A DNA stretch of 64,000 bases from Haliotis rubra (lineage: Eukaryota): contig NW_025767120.1 in the NCBI RefSeq assembly GCF_003918875.1, positions 558,001-622,000 on the forward strand, given 5' to 3'. The notes below the pieces were generated by a model. That model had not been told where the DNA came from. It did not search any database and was given only the letters and a program-made list of their open reading frames with translations. A program made the position numbers and the translations under genes. Shown here piece after piece: positions 21,572 to 34,400 of the stretch (positions within the stretch are counted from its first letter, which is position 1; the number at the start of each line of letters is the position of its first letter).

Positions 21572-23029
21572 TCGATCTTTGTTTGATTTCATTTATATAT
21601 GGTATGTTACTGCACGACGTCAATGTTGCATGTACTGTTCAAAGCGGCACTACGCCCATATCACTTATTCATATTTTAGGGAAAAAAATGTTAAGTATGA
21701 ACGAGATACTATTCCTGCACATTCATATATTGTGAGACATGTATTTCTGATTGAAAAATCTGTATCGAATCCAAAATCTGTCTTTTCAGAGCATAGTGTT
21801 TTGCTTTGAGTAAACAGCTTTGATATAAGGGTAATATATAAGAAAAAACATGCATAAACTTGATAAGAGAAATTTATAAGCATGTTTTCAAGATCATATA
21901 TCTTAAACATAGGAAGAGTTTTTTTATCCTTCTAAAGTAAATATGTAAAGATAAACATTGTAGATTATCCAGTGTTTCGTGTCGCCATTGCATTGTGAGA
22001 TAATAGACTGGTAATGTTAGTCCGTTTGTCTCCAAATGAGAATAAATTGCAAAATAGTCAATTAAATGTTAGTAGGTGCATGGCAATGGATGTCCTGTAC
22101 CTAACGTCTGCTGTTTGTTATTTTTGTACCCATCATTGGAACAAAGTTTTCCAAGAAACTTATCACGTTGTGATGTGCACAAGCTGACATCTTAGGAGGA
22201 AAGGGACAGAGCGTTAGGCGGAACAGCGCAAACACGTACTGCACATGCTATATACTGTTCGCCGTTGTTGACTGACTGATAGATTCCTTATTCATCTTAT
22301 TGGAAACAGTTGGTTTTAAGGATATGGTTTCTTTCAGTGTGAAGCTGAATGGGAAAATATTTTATGCCATTAATAAATACTTGAAACGGGCTTCTAAAGA
22401 TCTGATATGTCTCCTAACAAGCCGAAAAACGTTGTCCTTCGGCAAGTGCTAGCAAGTGAGGAATATCCGGTGTTAGACAGTTTTCAGAAAAATCAACTCA
22501 ATTGTTAAACTGCATGCAGGAAGTACGTAGTCCATTCTACATTTAAGGTCACAACACACGTACACGCCACTATGACTATTGAAGAAAGTGTTACTGGAGA
22601 CGTGGGTAAATGCCTCCCACACAGCCAGCATGCAGTTAGTAGGTACCCAGTGGGGTATGGGAAAAGGTGAAAGACTGACATGCTGGCTATGTGTTTCTCC
22701 CAGGCTGTGTTCTCGTCTTTCGCTCCAAGGCCACGGACAACAGGGACAACCACACAGCAATGGAGGGCAAGGTAGATCTGGGGTGAAAAGTAGATTAGTT
22801 CTTGCTTTGTCTTCCATCTATTACCATGGACAATACACCATATCACAGTTTGCAGGATCCAGAGAACAAGGTCCCGACGTCAAATAGCCTTAAAGGAGTT
22901 AATTATTTCTCCCAAACCACACCTCTATGAATCTTGAATTCCAACAAACCTGACCCCGTTTATATGATTGACAATTAAAATAAAGATCAAGGTCATCCGA
23001 TTTTACGACTTCTCCTTTCAACTCCAATC

Positions 23030-23183
23030 TGAGTAAGTGAGTGTAGTTTTACGCCGCTTTTAGCAATATTCTAGCCATATCGCGTCAGGGGACACCAAAA
23101 TGGGTGGGGAATGTGGGGAATCGAGCCCGAGTCTTCGGCGTGACAAGCGAAAGCTTTAACCACTAGGCCATATCCCACCGCCC
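23030..23183 (-). mobile_element. tRNA-derived SINE family A
   Basis: Reverse complement of family A with a small internal deletion. Confidence 0.85.
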
Positions 23184-23605
23184 TGCACTCCGGTCTGTGA
23201 CAATTGGTCGCAACGTTTAAATTCCAGAATGTTGAAAAGTTAGTAAATATATCTAGTGGACGGGTAACATGGCAGCGTTGCTGCTTACAAAAGACGTCAA
23301 CGAGGTACAATAGATATACTGGTCACGTGATGGTCACGTCACGCAACAGCCCCACCTATAGTTGTGACCATTATCAGTGACAAACATTTTCGAAGGGTGA
23401 ATGAGTGAAAATTTTACGTGACATCGGCAATATTTCAGCCATATCGTATTTTCGTGGAAGAGGGTTTTGACATGAGCGAGTGAGATTGCAACTAAATTAT
23501 TTCGAGACGACCCCTCTTTTGCTGTCACTCCCGGGACCGTTGTGTAGCATGTACAGTACGTGTTTGGTGAAATATGTAATTGGGTAACGACTTGGGGTTT
23601 AGAAG

Positions 23606-23851
23606 GAGTGAGTGAGTTTAGTTTTATGCTGCACTCAGCAATATTCCAGCTATATGGCGGCGGTCTGTAAATAATCGAGTCTGGATAAGACAATCTAGTG
23701 ATCAACAGCATGAGCATCGATCTGCGCATTTGGGAACCGATGACACTTGTCAACCAAGTCAGCGAGCCTGACCCAACGGTCCCGCTAGTCGCCTCTTACG
23801 ACAAGCATGGGTTACTGAAGATCAATATTCTAACCCGGACCTTCACGGGTC
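23606..23851 (-). mobile_element. SINE-like family B, full length
   Basis: The reverse complement begins GACCCGTGAAGGTCCGGGTTAGAATATTGATCTTCAGTAACCCATGCTTGTCGTAAGAGGCGACT and ends in (CACT)n. Confidence 0.88.
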
Positions 23852-24732
23852 GGTTTAGAGGAAGTCAAACACATCATTGTGTATCTCTTTCCGACAATAC
23901 TGTATGGTTTGAAAGTATTTTGCTGACCCACATCCGTCCCTTACCACCCTTTCCAATATTCATGCAGCATCTCTTCGTGGACACTTCCCCCTATAAGTGA
24001 CAAAGGTTTTACCTAAATAGTTTTGGAGTTACCCATCAGATAGAAAGTGTGTCCAATTAGTTTCTTCAACTAATCCATTAATTATAAAAAGTTTAGCCAA
24101 ATTCATCTTCTTAGCCCAACAGAAGAGACAGAACTTTCTTTGATTTTGATAATGAATTGACAATGATGATATTTCACATGACAATATGTCCAATACTTCA
24201 CAATATGCATACTGGTGCTCGCATATACATGTACAAGTTGTAAAACTTGAAAATATAAAATGGGCCGGGGCCTCATTACAATTTAAGGAATAAACTCATT
24301 CATTCAGTGACCTGCTTTGTCCCTGTTGAATATGGAAATTTACGAAATAATTATCATCTCAAACAGAACCGTTAGATTTCCATGCCATACGTCAACCTCC
24401 ATATATAGTAGTGATACGTTCTTACAACCCCCTCTTTCGACGTCTTTTTTCATTAGCTCTCTTCGTGATCTAGGTTCTCCACACCTGTTATAAATAACCA
24501 ATCCGTTACGAGGTATTGTTTTTCATAACACTTGTAAAGATGACCGAATCCTAAGTTGAAGTTGGTAATTCATATGATCCACAAATAGGGAATTTTTCCA
24601 CGATTCGCACATGCATGTACCGTGAACCATATTAATGACGAGTCAAGTTTGACTGTATACTGAATCATGCTGTCACCTTCCCTTCCTAGCCAGCATTTCC
24701 TACTCTGAATGTCTTCTTTGATGGACATTTTA

Positions 24733-25009
24733 GAGTGAGTGAGTGAGTGAGTAAGTTAAGTTTTACGCCGCACTCAGCAATATTCCAGCTATATGGCGTC
24801 GGTCTGTAAATAATCGAGTCTGGACCAGACAATCCAGTGATCAACAGCATGAGCATCGATCTGCGCAAATGGAAACCGATGACATGTGTCAACCAAGTAA
24901 GTGAGCCTGACCCCCGATCCCGTTTTTCGCCTTTTACGACAAGCATAGTCGCCTTTTGTGGCAAGCATGAGTTGCTGAAGACCTATTCTACCCCGGATCT
25001 GCACGGGTC
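24733..25009 (-). mobile_element. SINE-like family B, subfamily with duplicated ATGCTTG..AAGGCGACT segment
   Basis: Reverse complement of the consensus; TSD GCATTTTAGA/ACATTTTAGA. Confidence 0.88.
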
Positions 25010-25039
25010 GGCATTTTAGAAGTTGAGTTGATGATGAAT

Positions 25040-25140
25040 GATGTCACTTGCTTGACAGCGACATTAGAATCTATGTCGAAACGTCGCCCTTCACAGGATA
25101 AAAAGAAGATGTATATCAATAAAAATTGTCATCATTCTAC
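25040..25140 (+). ncRNA. Minimal hammerhead-ribozyme-like motif (Penelope-type repeat)
   Basis: TGC-TTGACAGC-GACAT-TAGAATCT-ATGTC-GAAACGTC-GC: core, stem II, GAAA, palindromic stem III and a GUC site. Confidence 0.45.
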
Positions 25141-25494
25141 TCTGAATGTGTTCAGTTAACACACATACAACAGTTAAACATCAGTATCACTTTCCTACGT
25201 GAACGAATTATCGTTATTGTATAATTCTCGAAAAACAATTCCACCATAATTTGTTTTTACAAATGTTCCCGTGAATTCCTGGCTCTCATAACCGGGACAC
25301 TGTCGTAAAACTGGTTCTGCCGGTACACTGCGCAGAGCACGCAACCTAAAGCATAGACATCACTGAGCAACACATCTGTAGTCTCTCCCCTCCGTGACCT
25401 TCGACCTGCCCTAACGGCGATATTGGGGTAAAAGCGAGTCGTGTGTACCTGTGGCCCGGGCATATCGCACACCGCTTCACGGAAGCAAGACGTT

Positions 25495-28400
25495 ATGGCG
25501 GGCAGGGAGCTCTACATTTGCGTTTGTCTCGCGATCACAAGTGAGTGTATTCATAAAAGTCTTTTTATATTATGGATCATAGATTAATTTGTCTATATAT
25601 TGTAATCACTGGCTGCCAAAACAAAACTGTTTTTCTGATTGCACATGTTTAATACATTGCCATCGGCAGTTTGTTTTTCTTCCTCTTTCGTACATTTGAC
25701 CCCAGCAGCAAACAGTGCTAAAGCCATGTACAACATTTGACTGTTTTCTATAAAATGCAAGGCGGTACTTTGGCTGGAATGAGCAATGACTGTGGTGTCA
25801 GCTTGTGTGTTGTATTATATAAATGCATGTCGTTGTGTCAATAACCTGGCGTTAAACAAGTTCACCAGCTGTTCTTGAATTTGGTGTTTTACAGAAATAT
25901 GTACTGATAAATCTATCTCATTCACGGATAAGTATGTGTGATTAATTTATTGTAATGTCACAGTAGGAATACCATATTGGTCTACTTTGGCTATGAACGA
26001 TGTGGACTACCTTCACATAAACTACGTTTAGAACGTCTGTATGTCAATGCGCCTTATGACAATCTCGAATATTATTCAACTATTGCGTACGTTATATTAC
26101 ACTGCAATACATGCACTGGGGCTGTTGGCGAATGTTAATCTGTTATATGATATGGATACTATTCATGTCAGACATATCCAATGCTGATTTTCCAATCAAT
26201 TATAAACAGGTAACTCAATGCAAGTAAGTGGAACCATGCAGGTTTGATCAAAGCATGTATAACGGTAGACTGTGGGAAAGGGACTGAGTTAAGTTTGTCT
26301 TAACAGTTGCGTATTCTAAGACTAGGAATGCAATAGTGTGGAGTTTATACAAAAAAATACAACAGGTGCAGGGTCCGTTCGTATCTCTTCGCAAACAGAC
26401 TGAGCGAGTTTAGCACCGGTTTTGTAAGAGTAGCATTCATTTCACGCCAACAGACACCAGACATGGTCTTGGCACAATGTAGCAATTAATGCTCAGAATC
26501 GAACTATATTCCCCTGTGTAAATATGGCTCACATTTTCCTCTTGGCTAAACCATCGTCCATTTGCATAGATTGGTATTTAGGGTTGCCTAGTGGTTAAAG
26601 CGTTCGCTCGACACACCGAAGACACAGGTTCGATTCCCAACAAGGTACTATTTGTGAAGTATGATAGGGCTGGGCCGGGACACCACAGTGATGCATAGAT
26701 GATACCAACTCACTCATAAATATATAAATCAACCTATGAAAAACAATGAAAAGGGCCATGTTGATTTGGCTGACTATGTGTCATCGCAAACCGAAGGCGG
26801 CTTTTAGTATCTATCACTGGATTGTCTGATCCAGTCTCGGTTATTCGCAGACAGACGTCATATAGCTGAACTGCGTTGAACAGCGAATATACAAGACGAT
26901 CTGCTGACTGTATGTGTGTGTCAGAGTGGGAATGAATAGGAAATGTCAGTGTTGTCAGTTACGTCAACATGTTTTGCAGACGTACAACCTTCAGATCCGT
27001 GTGTACTGTAGGAGCGTAACCAACAACAAAGTCACTCCTTGCCTCATTTGCGCTTTGTGATTTTGAAAGAACACAGTTCTCTCAGCGTGCGGATGGGAGA
27101 AACATACACGTCGTACACGGCCACGACATTACGACGTGTTATTGACGCTACTACCGAACACAAAAGGCATACATTTCTGCCTTGCCATGAAAAGTACATT
27201 ATGCAGGGACGCGACATGCACCTTTGTGACGAGTGTGTAACATTTGTGTGAATAAAAGACAATGCATACCCGAAGGCGGCATGTTCACATATGCATACAA
27301 AAACACATGACTGACAGTTAAGCGATGGTTAACGGCACTCTTGTGTTTTCACAACTATCAATATATGCATGTATGTATATGTGCATTTACTGTTAGTATT
27401 CCCTCTATAGTTGTTTCAGTGTTTACCTCTGTATATATAATGTGTATATACGTGTGTGTTTGTTATTCCGTATCCTGTTGTTTCAGTGTTTATCTATGTG
27501 TATATTATATCTTCATATATGCATATTTTCCGTTCCCGCTTTTATTGTATCCAAGTTTGCCTGTGTACATGCATAATTCCGTCTTCCGTTTCGATGTTAA
27601 TCTTGGTGTGTGTGTATACATATATGTATAGTTATTATCTGTGTCAGTGTTTATAAATGTACATACAATGTTTACATATAGTCACATGTATTATTCCCCT
27701 TACGTTGCCGATGTATCGGGTCTGTTGAGAAGTCTATAAGTTTATAGCTTCACACCTAAAACAAGGGCACACTATGCCTTGTGGCAGGAATGTAGCTAAA
27801 TCGGGGAAAATGAATATCTGAATCAAAAAGCGTTTATGCCTCTATGTAAATGAGAGTATGGTAAATCTTATCATTTTATTATATAGTTATAAGTTTAAAT
27901 AAGTAAAACATTATACCTTTCATTAGTAAAACATTAGACCTTTTCATTTTCCGGTCCATGGCCGATGGGGTAGCCTAGTGGTTATTGTGTTCGCTCGTGG
28001 CATCGACAGCCCTGGTTCGATCACCGACAGGGGTACAATATATGAATGCCATTTCTGGTGACCCCCTCCGTGACATTGATGAATGACAGCGTGTGATTTC
28101 CTGGCAAAATAATGGCAGTATGCATATATCTGCTCAACAGTGTCTGCTCTGTCCCTATGTAAATACATGTATGTGTCAACAGTAAATACATGTATGTGTC
28201 AACAGAGAGTTCCCGTGTCTCCGGGATGTAAATGAGTAACCGGAGTGTCAGTGTAACCTGAGATGAACATGTCAACCCAGCATCCTGACAGTAGGCACAG
28301 GATGACTGAAGAGAAGGCGGTGTACGGCGCTCTAGGACCTTCCTTCGCATTTGTTTCTGTGAAGCAAGACCTTTTTTATAAAACCGTTTACGAATCTGCC

Positions 28401-31400
28401 GACACCAGAAATGTTAAACTATATATATATATATATATATCTGAAAAGAGTGTTTTCATCCAGAAATACATCAAACGTTACAACGAAGCCAAATGATTTA
28501 CTGTCGCCAATTCAGCCTTGACATTTTTGTATTGTTTTTACCCTGTTCTTCCTACTAAATACCATTCAACATACAACCGTTAAACTTCAACTTTATCAAC
28601 ATACCAAAACTATAAAGATATTACCAGAGGCGAGTACATTTGTGTATCTTTCCTCACACTTGAAAAAATATATATCAACGTTAACTTGTTTCCACGCACA
28701 GTTCCGGGTCCTTGAAGGTACATGCAGACCCCGAGTACCGTTATGATGTAACACAAATACAAAACAGGGCCCTTATTCTCGAAACGTTCGTAGCCCTAAG
28801 AATTCTTAACTTTGATCGTAGCCAATGTGTTAAGAATGGGTTTAAGAAGTTCGTAGGGCTACTAACGTTTCGAGAATAGGGGCCCAGGGAGATAAGATTA
28901 AGATGCAACCAGTTAAGGTTATTGTTTATTCAATCAAAATAGGGCGTGATTTAATCCAAGCCTCCGCTTATTCATACACTCGACACTTACGGGATATCAA
29001 TTACCTGTGACAGTTAGTGTACCTAGGGGCAAGTTGTCACCATCCCTCGTAACTCTCTCACATTGCCGTTAACCTATATCTCTTTACACTGGTTGTACGT
29101 CTTCCTCTTTTGCTTCATGATCTGCATTATGTCAGACTAAATACTAAATACTGGGAAACAATGGAGGAACATGCCCCACGGCTTTAGATTCAATCAATGA
29201 GTGACTTTCTGTGTTTGAATATAATTAATATAACTGTGATATTAATATAACCGAGTATATTAATAAGAAACTTTAGATCAAATTAATGAATGACTTCTTG
29301 TGTTTGAACATTATGAATATAACTGTGATATTGATATAACCGAATATATTAATAAGATACTTTAGATCAAATTAATGAATGACTTCTTGTGTTTGAACAT
29401 TATGAATATAACTGTGATATTGATATAACCGAGTATATTAATAAGATATATTTAGTTTTTCGTAATCCTGATTTATATGTGAACTGTTTTCTTTGTGAAA
29501 TTTTGATTCACGCGTCATAAAATTAATCCCTTATAACGTGACAAAACATTGTTGTTTCCTTGGCAACGAGAAACTAAAATAACAGGAATGAACGTAATAA
29601 TGAATATCTGATAACATTACGGTGGTGGCTACAGATGTTTATTAAACTGCCTGAGCACACGTAGCACGATGTCGGCCCTATGTATGAATTCCCCCATTGT
29701 TGTCGTATAAGTAATGCATGCCCTAAGGGTCAGTGTATTCACAAGCACGATCTAGCCAGGGCTCTTGACCTGAGGTCAAGTGGGACCTGGGGTCGCCGAG
29801 AGGGGTTAGATTGGGATTACTGGATCAAAAGATGTGGTCATTTTTGCAAAGAAGACAATTTCATGGGAACTTCACACGGAAGTAACCCGCCATTACTGTT
29901 CACTTACAGCATCAGCGTCCGCTGTAGACGCGGACTGAGATACGTACAGACTCATTGTGTGAACCTGAAAACAGTTATCTTATCAGAGAACAGGTGCCCT
30001 TTTCCGAGGCCTCTATTAGACCAAGCTTAGTTTAATTATGAAGTAAAACGTGGACTGTTATCTCAACCGTATCAGTTCCCGTGATCTTCAAGATTAGACT
30101 TATGCTCTGTGTACCCTTATGGGTGAAAAGGTTACAAATCAGGTTTATTGCATGTGACGTTTGGAAACACGTGATGCATAAACTTCTAACACTTCGAGCA
30201 TATGACAAGCAACCACACATACATTGGCACTCACAGACACACTCACCCAAACCCACAGCCTATTGTAGAGTGAGTTAGAGTTTACGCCGCATCAACAATA
30301 TTGCAGCTAATCGCGCCTCCTACAGTAGAGATGGTGTGGTTAGGTACCTCCTATTGTAGAGATGGTGGGGTTAGGTACCTCCTATTGTAGAGATGGTGGG
30401 GTTAGGTACCTCCTATTGTAGAGATTGTGGGGTTAGGTACCTCCTATTGTAGAGATGGTGGGGTTAGGATTGGTGGTGGGTTAGGTACCTCCTATTGTAG
30501 AGATGGTGGGGTTAGGTACTCCTATTGTATTGTAGAGATGGTGGGGTTAGGTACCTCCTATTGTAGAGATGGTGGGGTTAGGTACCTCCTATTGTAGAGA
30601 TGGTGGGGTTAGGTACCTCCTATTGTAGAGATGGTGGGGTTAGGTACCTCCTATTGTAGAGATGGTGGGGTTAGGTACCTCCCTAGGTACCTCCTTGTAG
30701 AGATGGTTGTAGAGATGGTGGGGTTAGGTACCTCCTATTGTAGAGATGGTGGGGTTAGGTACCTCCTATTGTAGAGATGGTGGGGTTAGGTACCTCCTAT
30801 TGTAGAGATGGTGGGGTTAGGTACCTGTTATTGTAGAGATGGTGGGGTTAGGTACCTCCTATTGTAGAGATGGTGGGGTTAGGTACCTCCTATTGTAGAG
30901 ATGGTGGGGTTAGGTACGCCCTATTGTAGAGATGGTGGGGCTAAGGTAAGAAACGTTATGTACGACCTAATCGACAAAACACATTTGGACGTATCTTGAG
31001 TGGCAAATACCATCGCTAAACTACATCTGTGTTTGTCGAGTGCATGTGCTATGAATTATCTCATTACGGATCCCAGTGGTAATATTGTTTTCGTGACATG
31101 AATGCACAAAGCAGTCTGTACTTATATCAACTACCATCATCGCGGTGGAGATATGCCACGTTTACAACAAATATTCGTAGAATCCTATAGTAATATGCTC
31201 GTACAGAAGGTCTGTTACCATCATCAGCATACACAAACGCACTGTGACAGACAGAGGTATGCCTGTAACGTCAGTACCCATCATCGCCCTGTCAGGTATC
31301 GCTTTGTGCTGACAGGGTAAAGATGATCATTGCAGAATTCCAGGCTATTCGTATTATAGCTGAACTGTCAGTGTTGTTCTGTGTTAAAATACGACTGCGA

Positions 31401-34400
31401 GATCCAGTCACTGCGGATATATATTCATGTTAGGTAGCGTCAGACTTGAAAGGACTAGGATCCAGCATACCTATTTGCAGCACAGTGGATGCTGTATGTA
31501 CGACTGTGCTGTGTGTATAGATGATTCATCACGAGTGTTTCATAATATGGGGATTGCTGATGCCACGTTACGTATTAACTAACTCACTCATAATAGGGGA
31601 AATATCAACCGAGTCCATTAATCAAATGCCTTTTAAATAGGGCTGCGCAATATAACCGGTTTACCGATATTTACCGGTTCAGGCATGAAAATGATACGTA
31701 TAGCGATACGCTGATCGAAAACCGGTATTTTGACATGGATTCGGAAAACTTCGTAGCATTCGGAAATCTTCGGATATTTCCTTATTTCACACCGGAAGTC
31801 AAGCGTTTGTTGTAAAATGGCGACCCCCAACAATGAAAAACGTATTGTGGTGCCAAATACTAGGGCAAAGGCTTTAGTATGGCAGCATTTTGGGTTGAAA
31901 AAGTTCACGGTAGGTGGAACTATTGATAAGAGGAACGCAGTATGTAAAACATGCAATGGTAACTTAAATAAAAAGGTTTTATTAAAGCTTAATCAAGCAT
32001 AGTGATTTTGTTGTGTTTTGCTTTATAAATCAAGCATTAACTCGATTATAAGTAGTTTTTTGTGAAAAAAACCTTCTTGCAATATATTGCAATACATATC
32101 GCAATATATGCTTTCGCATCCCAATATATCGCAATATGAAAATTCTCTTCTGCAATACCCACCCCTACTATTTACGGGACGAGGTTGATATTTCCCATAG
32201 TACGAACACGAATTCTATTCAAGGAATTCTATTTATCAGCTTCACATTACTATTTCCTTTTACAATTGCGCAGATCGATGCTCATGCTGCTGATCACTGG
32301 GTTGTCTGGTCCAGACTCGATTATTTGCAGACCGTCGCCATTTAGCTGGAATATTGCTGAGTGTGGCGTAAAACTAAACTCACTCACTACTATTTCCTTC
32401 TAAGAAATAAATGCATCATAATTAATATCAGATTTTTCGAAACTATACGTATATACCGTGCGCGTACTGATACATGTTTTCCATTGCCGTGTAAACCGAA
32501 ATAAATTTGTTTGAAAAAATGCTTGAACCGACCGTGTAGAATAATCGGAACTTTATTAACGGTAACATGAACGATTCTGTGTCACATCTCAGGTGTAATT
32601 TCACTGATATTCAGTTTTCGAATCTAACCGCGCTCTCACTTGAAAAATGTCAAACTTCCAGTTATGAAATGTCTACGCTGATGTCATTAGGGCGTGACAT
32701 ACATGTGTTTATGTCATAAACCTATGTCGCAGATAAATACGTTCGTCAAATGATAAAAAATTACAACAAACTGCTAGAATGACATATTAGATGACATAGC
32801 AGAGTGACGTGCATAAAAGTGTCTAGTTTCGTCTAGTCTACACCTATAAACATAACGCTTTCTCCGTATGCCTCCTTCTTAATGTGTGTTAAACACGAAA
32901 TAATTGTCAGTATACTGTATCTTGGTTGGGTATCCATCTTAAGCTACAGTGTGGCGTATCAATGAGCTGGGAAAACAGACATCAGGTTTAATTTGTGCAA
33001 GCAATGTCTCTCTCTCTCTCACGCACGCACGCACACACACACGCACACACACACGCGCACGCACCAACCCACACACTTCATGTCATGAATGACAGACACA
33101 TGTGTTGTTCGCGGTATGGTCATTACTTAACTTCTTGTAATTTGATACTAGTAGACCGCTCACAAAGTTAATCGGTACTATGTAGTACATTGACATCTTG
33201 GCTTTAAACCTCAGTGTCATTTAAAATTTACTATCATGTCGTTACAAAGTTATTACGTATCAAATGCAATTACTGCAAGTGTTAAAACTGACCCCTAGCA
33301 CGGGGTAATTGTAACAGGTGGATGGGGCAATTGTAACAAAGAAGGTTCAAATGTAACAATCTGCTTATTTTCCAAATAAAATCAAAATAAAATGTGGAAA
33401 GATGTTATCTTGATTAATTGAGGAGGAAATGAATTAACATTAAACCTTTGTAACCACCGACATTTTACGTGTTTTAATTTAAATTTCTTGTTTTTGTATG
33501 CCCAAAATATGATAGAAAGACTAACACCAAAATCTTTCACCCGAGGGCTGATACTATCAACATAAGCCTGAAACTAGTAAAGATCTAAAATAAAACCAAC
33601 ATCATAATTTGCTTCATCATCATAACACAAGGGAAAATTAAATGGGGGCAATTGTAACACAGTGTTACAATTGCCCCCGATGATAGTAGCCATGTTTCAT
33701 GCCTCATCACATGTTAACAACTTTGGGCTTCTCAAATATTTCTACTTCAAAATATGTCGTAATACCTCAATTTACGCTTGAACAGTTAATTTCATTCCAA
33801 GGAACATTTACAGCATCAAGAACGTTTTATTACGTTTTGTGAAAAAATTACTTTCCTTTGTGAAAAACGATTTTTCGTCAACTGTATCTTGCCATGAGCA
33901 AGCAGCTGAAAAACGCCTGTATGTGTACCGCAGGAGAGCAAAGGGAAATAACTCTACTCACCTACACTATGCTTGAGCGAAAACTGTTAGAGTAATCGCC
34001 CTTGTTACAATTGCCCCGTGTTACAATTGCCCCCGGTCTCCCCTACTCATTAGTGAACTAAAGCCAAGTGTGCTGACCTGGGTCCATCTATTCAGACACC
34101 GACAGCTGCACAAGCAATACAGCTTCATGTTCATACTTTACACCATCATACATCAGCTTTATATTACTTGAAGTTTTAATGATATATTACACCTGAACGT
34201 GAGTCTTACCGAATTATAAAGTATTTACCTTAACAACTATTGTCTTACTGCATTGTGCTCTGCATTAACATAGAGTAACACAACTTGTAACCTTGAATTA
34301 TCCAATGTTTACAACATGACAAAATAGACATTTTAACCAAAGCTTACAGGCAATATCTCTACAAATCAGAGGAATATATACAAACTATAAAATATCAACA

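Noticed and set aside
22473-22900. Three overlapping ~100-aa ORFs and a TTAA-like end
   Set aside because: No recognisable protein, and no matching second terminal repeat was found.
27341-27656. Hydrophobic Tyr/Val/Cys-rich ORFs
   Set aside because: Low-complexity TG/TA-rich intronic sequence.
28021-28496. Overlapping short ORFs as a nested gene in intron 1
   Set aside because: No recognisable domain and no consistent exon chain.
30316-30942. Regular 31-bp repeats resembling a CRISPR array
   Set aside because: No unique spacers, no cas genes, and a eukaryotic context.
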